Positions 39,546-51,357 are shown, counted from the first letter of the stretch. The stretch is DNA of 64,000 nucleotides from Eledone cirrhosa (GCA_964016885.1 OZ024741.1:241056001-241120000); one strand, 5' to 3'. The notes: generated from the sequence alone by a model not told the origin. Program-made: numbers and translations.

Positions 39546-39909
39546 TTGCAATGAACAGGAAACATTCACATATGAAGATTTTTAGTTGGTCGTTTTTGTA
39601 TTGAAAGTTGGGGTTAGGTGAAGGTGGGGGTGAAGGTTAGTGTCCGGAAGTGTGGTGGGGTGGGGGGAGGGATAGAATAATAAATATCATAGTAGTGGTC
39701 GCAGTGGTGGTGGTGGTAGTGATGGTGGTAATGGTGGGGTGATAGTGGTTGTTGTAGTGTTGTGGTAGTAGTAGTTGTGGTGGTAGTGATAGTAGCGGTA
39801 GTGATGGTTGTGGTGGTAGTGGTTGTATTAGTTGTGGTGGTAGTGGTTGTATTAATTGTGGTAGTTGTGTTGGTAGTGGAAGTAACCTCCTCCTCATCAT
39901 CATCATCAA

Positions 39910-39965
<56 letters not shown>

Positions 39966-40574
39966 AATGTGGTGTTGGTGGTAGTAGTAATGACATCTGC
40001 AAAGGTGAGTAATATTGCTGTCTATAGTGGTGAGAACTGTGTGGTAAAGGTACCTGTATTAGAAGTGAGTGGGGAAGTGAGAGGGAGATGGAGAGAGAGT
40101 AAGAAAGAGAGAGCGAGAAAGAACGAGAGAGAGATAAGGAAAGAAAGTGTAGGAGAGAGAGAGTAGGAAAGAAAGAGGAGAGAAAGAAGGAAAAGGGAGA
40201 AGGAGAGAGAAAGAGAGAGAGTAAGAAAAAGAGAGAGAGAAAGAACGAGAGAGAGATAAGGAAAGAAAGTGTAGGAGAGAGAGTAGGAAAGAAAGAGGAG
40301 AGAAAGAAGGAAAAGGGAGAAGGAGAGAGAGAGTAGGGGAGGAAGAAAAAGTCCAATCGTGATGAAAACATAGACTTCAAAAGGTGTAAAAACTTTATTG
40401 AGGTTTAAATTCCTCATTGTTCCTTTTTAAGTATAAACAAAATCATGCTGAAACGATCAGTTCTCGTCCAGTCACCAAAGTTTAACATCATTGAGCCAAG
40501 ATTTTACATAGATGGGTGATTGCTTGGGAAACCTAAATGATGTAGGCACCTTTTAAAATGTTTTTAGAGATAAT

Positions 40575-41338
40575 TATTATTGGTAAATTGACAGAATTGT
40601 TAGAGCACCAGACAAAATGCCTGCTTTGCAGTATTTCTTCTGATTTTACTACATTCTGAATTCAAGTTCCATGAAGGTCAACTTTTCCTTTCAACCTTCT
40701 TCAAAGCTGGATAAAATAAAGTACAAGTCAAGTATCAATGACAATATAGTCGATTGACTTTTCTCTCCCTCAAAATTGTTGACCCTGTGCCAGAATTAGA
40801 AATAATAATTGTTTCTACATTTGGCACAAGGCCAGCAAGGGAAAGTCGATTAAGTCGACTCCAGTGCATTACTGGTACTTTATTTTATTTACCCCGTAAG
40901 GATGAAAGGCAATGCTAACATCGACAGGATTTGAACTCAGAGCGTAAAGGGCCGTAACTCTATGCCATTAAGCATGTTGTCCGGCGCTCTACCAATGCTT
41001 CCTATCTGTTGCCCTATAAAATAATTGTTTGTACTTTTGGCACAATGCCAGCAAATACCCAGTGTATTACTGGTACTTTATTTTATCGACCCCGTAAGGA
41101 TGAAAGGCAAAGTTAACCTCGGCGGGATTTTCCCTATAAAATAATTGTTTCTACTTTTGGCACAAGGCCAGCAATTACCCAGAACATGACTGGTACTTTA
41201 TTTTATCGACCCCGAAAGGATGAAAGGCAAAGTTACCTTCGGCGGGATTTGAACTCAGAATGGAAAGGGCCGTAACTCTATGCGTCAAAGCATGGCGTCC
41301 GACCCTCTACCGATACTGCCAATCCACTATAAAATAAT
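40575..41338. mobile_element. Cluster of four SINE B copies (old + copy ~40575-40800; three - copies ~40805-41013, 41022-41131, 41142-41327)
   Basis: Repeated family body, with ctataaaataat between the minus-strand copies. Confidence 0.9.
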
Positions 41339-41349
41339 AATAATAATAT

Positions 41350-41700
41350 AGATTACCAACTTTTTTTTTATCGGAGTGAACATGTACAGCATTAGAATCC
41401 TTTCTCCATTGGATTCTCTTCAAATCTTGTTGGAAGGAGTTGCTTCTCTTTCGAAATTTGATACTCTGTATAAGTTCAAGTATTTTTTTGAAAGGTAATA
41501 AAGCTAGGTATTTTGGAGGGTTATTGTAAGTTTTAAATCCAAACTTAACCTGGTGTTTATCAGCTTTATCCTGGTGGTCAAAATAGAAGGTATGCCAACA
41601 CATCCTTTTTAGAAATGAATCAGTTTTTTGGGATGAATATTTTAAAGTATGTCTATGTCTTTCTGCTTGATACCAAAATATTTTTTGTACAAATATTAAG
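41350..41700 (-). pseudogene. Penelope-like element (Naiad-type) ORF N-terminal fragment
   Basis: DSFLKRMCWHTFYF..FGFKTYNNPP..LELIQSIKFRKRSNSFQQDL..VHVHSDK resembles the recalled pattern FxKRMRWKA..YGFKS..PP..IKFR..N.FQ..ADK upstream of PLE RTs. Not searched. Confidence 0.6.
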
Positions 41701-42024
41701 GTGTTGTTTCTTTAGAGGATAAAAAAAACCTATTAAATTGAAGCAGAATATATCTGAAATTTATTTCCCCGCTTAGGGGACATTTCAAGATTACGGTTTG
41801 ACATAATGAATATTCTGGTTCAATTTAATAGTTTTTGTTTAATCCTCTGAGATGGAGAAGTATGAACTATATCTCTTTATCATTTCGTATGTATAGATAT
41901 ATCTATGTATCATTTTGTATGTATAGATCTTCATTATACAAATTTCATGTAACATTCTTCGAATAATTCAATGTATAACTCTCTTGAAATGTGTGTAAGG
42001 AATTCCTTACATATATATATATAT

Positions 42025-42368
42025 GGAGGAACATGGCTTAGTGGTTAGAGCATTGGCCTTGCAATCGAAAGGTTGTGAGTTTAATTCTCAGACCGGGTGA
42101 TGTGTTGTTTCCTTGAGCAAGACACTTTATTTCACATTGCTCCAGTTTACTCAGCTGTAGAAATGAGATGATAGGGACTGGGGTCCATATCATTCCACTG
42201 CAAAGTGGTCATGGAGGTGCCATGGCAAAAAGGCACCCAGCATTCACTGTAAATGAGGTTGGTGTTAGGAAGGGCATCCAGCTGTAGAAATCAAGCCAGA
42301 ATCAGTTCCCGTCCCACCCTTGCAAGCAGGGAAAAGCGGACGTAAAATGATGATGAAAATGATGATGA
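42025..42368 (+). mobile_element. tRNA-derived SINE family A, full length
   Basis: A-box tggcttagtgg, B-box-like gagtttaattc, RTE-type tail and (ATG)n. Confidence 0.92.
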
Positions 42369-42382
42369 GATATATATATATA

Positions 42383-42574
42383 ATAATTGTTTCTACTTTT
42401 GGCACAAGGCCAGCAATTACCCAGTGCATTACTGGTACTTTATTTTATCGACCCCTTAAGGATGAAAGGCAAAGTTAACCTCGGCGGGATTTGAACTCAG
42501 AATGGCAAGGACCGTAACTCTATGCGTCAAAGCATGGCATCCGACCCTCTACCGATAATGCCAATTCACCGCCC
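42383..42574 (-). mobile_element. SINE family B, full length
   Basis: Family match. Confidence 0.92.
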
Positions 42575-42769
42575 TATATATATATTAATAATGAAAATGA
42601 TTGTGTACAGTGTTCAGGTCCACTACATATATACACCAATTATTATAGTTAGTACAGCATGTATACTCCTTGGTATAATTAGTAGTGTGTACACCCCACA
42701 GTGTAATTAGTACAGAATGTATATCACTTAGTATAAATAGTACTGCATGTATAAAAATAAGTTAAAGTC

Positions 42770-43030
42770 TGAGGCTTATCAGGCTGATCCTTATTCTAGA
42801 TTCATTGATGTTAAGCGATTGAAAATACAAGCCCTCCCCTTGGATAAGACACCAGTCTATCACAGGGTTAACTTCCAGCTATTGGTGGTACTCATTTCCA
42901 GCTGAGTGTACTGGAGCAACAAAAAATAACGTGTTTGGCTCAAGAACACAATGCACATCCTGGTCCAGGAATTGAACTCATGATATTATAGTTGTAACTC
43001 CAACACCCTAACCATTAAGCTAACCACTTA
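42770..43030 (-). mobile_element. Old tRNA-derived SINE
   Basis: Reverse complement reads gcttaatggttagggtgttgg..gagttcaattcc..gtgttcttgagc. Confidence 0.65.
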
Positions 43031-44611
43031 GTATTTATTATTACAGCATGTATTCCACCTCATTACAACATCCTGAATAATATGGTTCTACTGCACTATG
43101 GATTCTTTTAATAGTAGCATTGATGCCAGTATAGGGAGGAGCAAGCTGGCCCTGATGGGTGGTGGTGAGAGGTGGGGATTGTTGGTGGTGGTGGGAGATG
43201 GTGGTAGTATGTGTTAGTGGTTGGTGGTGGTAGGTGGTGGTGGTAGGTGGTAATTGATGGTAGTGGGTGGTAGTATGTGTTAGTGGGTGGTGGTATGCGT
43301 TAGTGGCTGATGGTGGCGGTATGTGGGGGTGGTTGATAGATGCTGGTGGTTGTTGGTGGTATGAGCTGGTCGGTGGTGGTGGCATGAGGTGGTGGTAGTG
43401 GGTAGTGGTAGTAGGTGCTGGTGTGTGTTAGTGGTTGGTGGTGGTGGTCAGTGGTGGTTGGTGGTAGTGGGCAGTATGTGGTGGTAGGTGTTAGTGAGAG
43501 TGGGTGGGTTTTGGTGCTAGGAGGTGGTAGGTGGTAATTTGTAGTCAGTTATTGTTGGTGGTATATGGTGATTAATGGGAGTATGTGATGATGGTGGTTG
43601 ATAAGTGGTGGTGGCGGCGGTGTAAAGATCCTTATGATGGGGTCAGTTAATGATGATAATGATGATAGTCTTTATAGAGGGGCTGGGGGAGTTTTGCTGT
43701 TTGTTATCTTCATAATTGGGATACTGTTGCTGCTGCTGATGATTTCCCTGGTATATTCAATTGTTATCACTACCCCCACCTCACTAGTCTCTCTTTATTT
43801 CTCTCTCCTTCCTTTCCTTTTTCTTCCTCTCCTCCCCCTGCCCACCAAAGAAAAACTATGATGGATCTACTCACTAACAATGTTGAATTTTCGGTAAGAT
43901 TTGTCAAGGGATCTTTTCTCTAGAAAGCAACATCAAACACATCCCCATCACACTACAACACACAGCACAATACACAATTACATGCCATTGCCTCTCCACT
44001 GTATTATAAACTCATACCACACCACAGCATAGAACAGCACATCACAACACACAATTATACACCGTTGCCACTACGACCTCACTGCATCATAAACACATAC
44101 CACTCCACATCATACCTCACCACACCACACCACACACAAAACACAGCATGGAACCTCACATCTCAGCTCCTTTATCCTTAGTTCAAACCTCCTCTCCCCT
44201 GCCTTTTCTTTTCTTTTAGTATTCATCCAGCAGGTTGTCTTGGTCCATGGCTGCTAATCTCCAGTGTAAAACATGAAATTAAGCAGAGCTGATATATATT
44301 CAACACACACCAGAAGTGAACATCACAATGAAGAACACACAGAAGCATAGCTCTCACATCTGATCTAATTTCAGGGACGTTCTCTATGAGAAACATATAC
44401 TTTTACATGTGTGTTTAATTAGCCAACCGAGAAATCTGCTCGGAATCAAATTAGATCAGAGTTGCCAAGAGAACATGGTCAGTCAAACAGTCAGACAGTC
44501 AGACAGTGAGCAAGCAATTTTCCATTCTGTTCTGATGTAGGAAAACGTTGGAAATATATACATATACATACATCACACAAACATATCTATCCATCCATCT
44601 ATCTATCTATT

Positions 44612-45000
44612 TATCTTTAAGTATCACTTTAGAAGGAGAATCAGGGTGGAGAGAGAGGCACTGCACCCCAGTAAATTTACTGAAAGGTGGGCGAATGAAG
44701 TGAAAATGGCCCGAGTGACTGGGCCTTCTCTGTTTATAAGCCTGTTTATAAGCCCTGTTTATAAGCCTGTAGAAGAGAGCAAAAGGAAGAAGGGAGCACT
44801 TGCACAACACGCTTCTGGAGTTGAGGGTTGTTCTATTGACGGGGTATTAAACAACCCATTTGTGGCGCCTCCCCCCTATTGGGGATTTCGATTGTTGTAA
44901 TTGTTTGTTTTTATATTTTTTACACGACTGTATGTAAAATCCCCGGCATGTCTTTGTATTGTCCCCTTTTCTTGTGCACCCTTGTGGCTAATAAAGAAAT
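44612..45000 (+). mobile_element. Tx1-like LINE 3' end within (ATCT)n
   Basis: Similar to 11615-11985 (RRRIRVEREAL..F.ERW). Ends AATAAAGAA(ATCT)n. Confidence 0.75.
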
Positions 45001-45097
45001 CTATCTATCTATCTATCTATCTGTTCGTCTGTCTGTCCGTTCATCCATCGATCTCCCTCTCTCTCTCTTTCTATATATATATATATATGTTCGATAT

Positions 45098-45904
45098 ACA
45101 GAAAAGGAACTGGCATAAATTCTATAAGATGCACACAATGCAGATCCTGGGTACACAAGAGATGTAGTGGGATAGCAGGCAAACTAACAGGTAGGGAGAA
45201 AGATGTACAGGGAAATTAGACAGTAGAAGTCGCATTGATAGACACATTTTTCAAATGCAGGCGGGTGTTATAGAAATGGTGGATAGATTCCGGTACCTAG
45301 GAGATCAGATTAGCATGGGAGGGGGGGTTGTTCCGAGGCCATAGTATCTAGAATAAGGACGGGTTGGAAGAAGTTTAGGGTGCTGCTTCTTCTGCTGACG
45401 AAGAAGGGTTTCTCCCTGCGTACGAAAGGCCGGTTATATGATGCCTGTGTGAGGAGCACGATGCTGCATGGTAGTGAGACATGGGCAGCAACTGCAGAGG
45501 ATATGCAACTGCTGGAGAGAAATGAGGCAAGCATGCTCCATTGGATGTGCAATGTCAATGTGCGTGAATGACCCAGCATAAATGTGTTGAGAGAGAAACT
45601 GTCTGAGAGGGATAGAATGTAGTGTACGGGAGAGGAGACTGAGGTGGTATGGACATGTGATGCGCATGGAGGATGATCGATGGGTTAAGAAGTGCCAGGA
45701 AATGCCAGTTGAAGGAAGACGTGGTAGAGGTAGACCATGAAAAACATGGGCGGAGGTGGTGAGAACAGACCTCAGAGTGCTGAAGCTCACGGCGGAGATG
45801 ACGAAGGACCGTGACAAGTGGAGAGATGCTGTGCTGAATAAAACCTGTCCCACCCTTGCAAGCAGGGAAAAGCGGACGTAAAATGATGATGATGATGATG
45901 ATGA
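45098..45904 (+). mobile_element. RTE LINE 3' fragment (second RTE family), degenerate
   Basis: CTQCRSWVHKRCSG, RFRYLGD, KGRLYDACVRSTMLHGSETW, WYGHVMR, GRP.KTW, (ATG)n tail. Confidence 0.9.
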
Positions 45905-45912
45905 TACACACA

Positions 45913-46012
45913 CAGGGTGTACAAAAAAATGTATGCACACTTTGATTACCTGTACAGGCAATATTTATTAGAATGCTGTTAAAGTGTGTATACATTTTTG
46001 GGGAACATCCTG
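45913..46012. mobile_element. Tiny Tc1-type MITE
   Basis: cagggtgtacaaaaaaatgtatgcacactt / aagtgtgtatacatttttggggaacatcctg. Confidence 0.72.
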
Positions 46013-46021
46013 TGTATATGT

Positions 46022-46079
<58 letters not shown>

Positions 46080-46409
46080 AAATTCTACATGGCTAGAATT
46101 GTTTGATTTGTTTGAAATCATCATGAATTCCTGATGAGTTCAAAGGAATGAAACAGTCATTTCTATATGAAATAAATATGCCCTTCTCTACTGATGTATT
46201 TATTGAGTACTTTATTTAACTGAAGTTCCTTCTGTTCCTCTTTGGAAACCCATTTTTAATTTATATATATATATATATTAATTTAACCAACATACACCAT
46301 GTATGCATGTATGTTTATTTTTCCTTTGCTTCTTACTTTTCCAGCCTCACTTTCATATAGATTATATTTTTGTTTTTAAAATCCAATGTCAATAAATACA
46401 CCAGGATTT

Positions 46410-46470
46410 TTTCATTCTGATGATTGAAAGCAAAATTTGTTTGCTTTTAAGAAACCACTGGTAAATGAAA
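46410..46470 (+). ncRNA. Type I hammerhead ribozyme motif (cleanest in the window)
   Basis: TTTCATT-CTGATGA-TTGAAAGCAAA(atttg)TTTGCTTTTAA-GAAA-CCACTGG-TA-AATGAAA. Confidence 0.85.
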
Positions 46471-46495
46471 TAATTGCCTTATGTTGTTTATTACA

Positions 46496-46541
<46 letters not shown>

Positions 46542-46689
46542 TAGTTTGGGAGGGTCATGCTGCCAACTTCCGTTTTCGAATAAAAAAATCTTGCAATACA
46601 AAAACAAAGTGCGTGTACACACACACATAAGTGTGTTATTTTGCTTGCTGTGTTTTTGTTTTGTTTCATTTATTAACTATATATATGCA

Positions 46690-46764
<75 letters not shown>

Positions 46765-46789
46765 TCATTATAAGGTTAGCCAGGTCATG

Positions 46790-47560
46790 TGACCATGTCT
46801 TGCTCACCTTTATGAGTGGATAGTTATGGACCCCCGTTTTTATTGATAACGATGAATCAAAGACTTTGGTAGAAGGAAATTCTCACACAAGTGTTCAAGA
46901 GCTAACAGGAGAGCAAGATCTAACAGCAAGAACAATTTCTGAACATTTAAATTGCATTGGAAAATATTGAAAAAGCTTGAAAAATTTGGACTATTTGAAT
47001 TGAATGAAAACTAGAAAAATCGCTTTTATGATGTCTGTTCTTCACTTCTTTTGTGTAACAAAACAACCTATTCCTTGATTGCATTGTGGCAGTGGTTGGA
47101 CCAAAATTAAGTTCCTATACACTTTCCCAAAGCTGAAGTTGAACCAAATGATGATTATAGTGACTGTTTAGTGATCTACAGCCAGATTAATCTACTACAG
47201 ATTTCTGAATCCTGTAAAAACAATAACAGTAGAATTAGTTTATGAAACTCTGCCTTGACTAGCATACTCACTGGATCTAACAACAAGCTACTAACATTTT
47301 CCCAAGCATTTTGACTTCTTGCAAAGAAAAATCCTCAACAACCAAACACCTGCAAAAAATGCCTTTGAAGCTTTGAAGAACTCATCACATCCACAACTTC
47401 AGAAATCTATGTCATTTGAATAAATAATCTTTTATCTTGGCAAAAATGTGTAAATACTAATGGTTTTTATTTCATTCAATAAAGTTTATTTTTGAACTGA
47501 GATATGCCATTTTAAAGTAATGTTTAAGAACCTGTATTAACTTCTGAACAACTGATAGAA
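46790..47560 (+). pseudogene. Highly decayed mariner transposase
   Basis: Remnants IDNDE.KTLVE, ISEHLNCIGK, ELNEN, YS.DL (YSPDL-like, ~47265) and WQKCVNTNGFYF. Confidence 0.7.
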
Positions 47561-47794
47561 TCAACAATACAATGCGTTTACATAGAATAGGCACTGTCAT
47601 AACACATTAAAAAATAAGAATGCATGCATGGTCCCTTAACTCCTGAAGGGGTCGTAGGAGTACTGTATTGACATAGTGTTTTGGAGGCATTTTTAGACCT
47701 GGCAGAGTTCATCTCTCCATGTCTAAATACAGCCGATTTCTTCCAGAGAAAGATGAAGATTGAGAGAATGGAAGTGAGAAAAATATAGAGGAAG

Positions 47795-47928
47795 AGTTGA
47801 TCCCAGTACTTGACTGGTATTTTTTTTATTGGCCTCGAAAGGGTAAACGGCAAAGTTGACTTTGGCGGGATTTGAACTCAGAGAGCAAAAACAAATATCA
47901 CAAGGCATTCTATCTGACATTCTCATGA
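47795..47928 (-). mobile_element. Old SINE B copy
   Basis: Family match. Confidence 0.7.
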
Positions 47929-48220
47929 CTATAAGAATGCATACATTTTTATTTAAAATAAATACTTTATTTTAACATAAATTTCAAGTCTCTTGGCTTT
48001 ATAGCAAATTCCTCTAATATCTTGTGTAATAGATTTTACCATTGTTCATCTTAAGTTTGATTCAATACTGTCCAAGATAGAGAAGCTTCTTTCTTTTGCA
48101 ACTGAAGTTGCAGCAATCATCAGGAAAAATTTAATTAATCTGTCTTTGACATAATAGACTAAAAACTCAGTTTATGAATTAACTCTAATATGAGTTGATA
48201 TTTTGAAGTCATTAAACTAG

Positions 48221-48444
48221 TATGAAGTGTTATCAGAAAGTTTCCGGACTAGTTCTGTAGCGTGCCAACAGATGGCAACACATAGTTGCACTAACAGTGA
48301 CCTTCTTGCGCCAGTGTGCCAAGTAACATCGGTGTATTGTTATGCAAGGTGACTATTTCGAAGAAGATGATGTTAAAACTTAGGTAAATATATTAGATTT
48401 TTAAAAATATAATTAGTCTAGGAACTGTTTGATATCACCTCGTA
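48221..48444. mobile_element. Mariner-type MITE
   Basis: Imperfect ~34-bp TIRs tatgaagtgttatcagaaagtttccggactagtt / aattagtctaggaactgtttgatatcacctcgta. Confidence 0.65.
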
Positions 48445-48980
48445 TATATAATTGTACTGTATTGGTCTCCTGTGTTGTTTTCCCTTGTTGAATTTTCACA
48501 TACCTACACATATACACACAACTCCAGCCTACATAGGGAGTAAATATAAAGGGATAATGATAAATGAGTGTGTATGTGTATGTGTGTATGTGTGCGTCAT
48601 GTGAGTGTGTATGTGTGTATTTGTGTGCGTGTATTTATGTATGTGTGTATGTGTACATATGCATGTGTATTGTGTGTATGTGTATGTATGTGTGTGCTGT
48701 GTTTGTGTATGTGTGCGTTGCGTATATATGTATGTGGTGTGTATGTGTGTATGAGTATGTGTGTCTGTGTCAAATATTTACCATCAAGTATTGAGTGAGC
48801 TGTATATCTCTAGAACAGCTAATATAGTTACTAAATAATATTACAGGATATCATTTTAGTTTAGGAGTTGGTCAGAAATGTCTAGCATAGAACCAGCCAG
48901 TAACCTTAAATATTGTTGTGGTATATTCTTATTAAGTAACTTTCTCCACCCCCTCTCTCTGTCTCTGTATATATATGTAT

Positions 48981-49323
48981 GGAGGCACATGGCTTAGTGG
49001 TTAGAGCACTGGCCTTGCAATCGAAAAGCTGTGAGTTCAATTCTCAGACCAGGTGATGTGTTGTTTCCTTGAGCAAGACACTTTATTTCACATTGCTCCA
49101 GTTTACTCAGCTGCAGAAATGAGATGATAGGGACTGGGGTCCATATCATTCCACTGCAAAGTGGCTGTGGAGGTGCCACGGCAAAAAAGCACCCAGCACT
49201 CACTGTAAATGAGGTTGGTGTTAGGAAGGGCATCCAGCTGTAGAAATCAAGCCAGAATCAGTTCCCGTCCCACCCTTGCAAGCAGGGAAAAGTGAACGTA
49301 AAATGAAATGATGATGATGATGA
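48981..49323 (+). mobile_element. tRNA-derived SINE family A, full length
   Basis: Near-identical to 42025-42368. Confidence 0.92.
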
Positions 49324-49430
49324 TATAGATAGATAGGTATGTATATAGATAGATAGATATGTATATAGAAAGATAGATATATATATATAAATAGATATGT
49401 ATGTAATTATATATATATATATATATATAG

Positions 49431-51316
49431 GACTGGCATAGCAGCATCATCGTTAACTGTTATAAGGGTAAAGGAGACGCCCTAGATAGGAGTAACTATA
49501 GAGGCATTAAATTAATCGACCAGGTCATGAAGGTCACGGAAAGAGTAATAGCGCAACTAATCAGAGAGAGAATTGACCTAGATGAAATGCAGTTCGGGTT
49601 TGTGTCAGGCAAAAGTACCACAGACGCTCTTTTCATAGTACGACAACTACAGGAGAAGTACCTAGCTAAAGGTAAACCCCTCTACTTAGCTTTTGTCGAC
49701 TTGGAGAAAGCCTTCGACAGAGTCCCCCGCTCCATTATCTGGTGGGCTCTTAGAAAACTAGGCGTTGACGAATGGCTTGTGAGGGCTATACAAGCCATGT
49801 ATAAAGAAACAGTCAGCAAGGTTAGAATTAACAACGAATATAGTGAAGAGTTTAGCGTAAAAGTCGGCGTCCATCAGGGCTCTGTTCTCAGTCCACTACT
49901 ATTTATTATTGCCCTTCAGGCTATAACAGAGGAGTTCAAGACAGGCTGCCCATGGGAACTCCTATACGCAGACGACCTGACACTCATAGCGGAATCAATG
50001 GCCGAGCTAGAGAAGAAATTCCAAACATGGAAGCACGGCCTAGAGTCAAAAGGACTTAAAATTAACCTGGCTAAGACCAAAGTACTAGTTTGTAGGAAAG
50101 AAAACAAGGCGGCGGTCCCTTCTGGGAAATGGTCGTGCTCGGTGTGTAGGAAAGGCGTAGGTAGAAACTCCATTTTATGTCCTAAATGCAAAGTATGGGT
50201 GCATAAAAGATGTAGTGGGATCACAGGTAAGCTAACTAAGAACATAGATTTTACATGTGGCCGGTGCTCTGGTGCAATAAGTAGCAGCAAGTGCCCACAA
50301 ACTACTAGCTCTTTCAATTGCGCAGAGGGTTCTATAGAAATAGTGGACAGCTTCCGTTACCTGGGCGATAAAATCAGCAGTGGGGGAGGGTGCTCTGAAA
50401 GTACTGTAGCTAGAGTCAGAACTGGTTGGAAAAAGTTCAGAGAGCTTATACCACTATTAGCTGCTAAAGGGTTCTCACTAAAAATGAAAGGCAGGTTGTA
50501 CGATGCCTGCATACGAACAGCAATGCTGCATGGCAGTGAGACCTGGGCATTGTGTGCAGAGGATATACGCAGACTAGAGAGGAACGAAGCTTGCATGCTC
50601 CGCTGGATGTGTAACAGTAATATACGTGAACGGCAAAGCATAAACGAACTAAGGAATAAATTAGAGATAAGAGGGATCAGATGTTGTTTACTCGAGAGAA
50701 GGCTACGTTGGTATGGACACGTGATGCGCATGAAAGTCGATAGCTGTATAACAAAGTGCAGGGCAATAAAGATAGACGGTAGTCACGGAATAGGCAGACC
50801 TAGAAAAACCTGGGACGAGCTGATAAACTCCGACATCACACACTTACACCTCTCCAAGACAATGTCACTGGACCGAGACCTTTGGCGGTACTCAGTAACA
50901 GAGAAGACCCGCCTTACCTAAATATATAGTAAAACCTACTCCAGCCAGTAGGCATCTCTAACAAAATACACCCCGTCCCACCACCCCCACCCCCACCCGA
51001 TCCACACCACCCCGTTCTATGTAAAGTTATGTTGGTGCCGCGCCATCGAGGCCGAAACAAATGAGATCGTGTAGGTGTCACGACAAAAAAACACACAGTC
51101 CACGCTGTAATGTGGCCGTGTAGGCAACACGGTAAAAACCTCCCAGACCCACACTGTAAATGTGGTTGGTGTTAGGAAGGGCATCCAACTGTAGAAAACC
51201 TGCCAGACAGTCCTATGCGAGCAAGACAATCACTCTTGCCTCAAGTGGGACTACCCCCGTCCAAACCCATGCAAGCGTGGAACACGGACGTTAAACGTTG
51301 ATGATGATGATGATGA

Positions 51317-51319
<3 letters not shown>
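49431..51319 (+). mobile_element. RTE-clade LINE, 5'-truncated, young
   Basis: Open frame from ~49431 (DWHSSIIVNCYKGKGDA..NYRGIKL) to 50921, ~400-bp 3'UTR, (ATG)n tail, CpGs retained. Confidence 0.95.
49527..50921 (+). CDS. RTE reverse transcriptase (partial ORF) with inserted PHD-type zinc finger
   Basis: QFGF, AFVDLEKAFDRV, GVHQGSVLSP, YADD, FRYLG, HGSETW, WYGHV. Confidence 0.9.
   Translation: MKVTERVIAQLIRERIDLDEMQFGFVSGKSTTDALFIVRQLQEKYLAKGKPLYLAFVDLEKAFDRVPRSIIWWALRKLGVDEWLVRAIQAMYKETVSKVRINNEYSEEFSVKVGVHQGSVLSPLLFIIALQAITEEFKTGCPWELLYADDLTLIAESMAELEKKFQTWKHGLESKGLKINLAKTKVLVCRKENKAAVPSGKWSCSVCRKGVGRNSILCPKCKVWVHKRCSGITGKLTKNIDFTCGRCSGAISSSKCPQTTSSFNCAEGSIEIVDSFRYLGDKISSGGGCSESTVARVRTGWKKFRELIPLLAAKGFSLKMKGRLYDACIRTAMLHGSETWALCAEDIRRLERNEACMLRWMCNSNIRERQSINELRNKLEIRGIRCCLLERRLRWYGHVMRMKVDSCITKCRAIKIDGSHGIGRPRKTWDELINSDITHLHLSKTMSLDRDLWRYSVTEKTRLT

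Positions 51320-51357
<38 letters not shown>

Noticed and set aside
38714-39604. Poly-T/S/V/Y ORFs
   Set aside because: (TAG)n/(GGT)n microsatellite.
39860-40012. Strong splice donor AAG|GTGAGT and a DDDDEEE stretch on the opposite strand
   Set aside because: It is embedded in simple repeats, with no convincing exon partner.
42025-42100. tRNA gene-like sequence (also 48981-49055)
   Set aside because: It is a SINE head continuous with the SINE body and tail, and has no proper acceptor stem.
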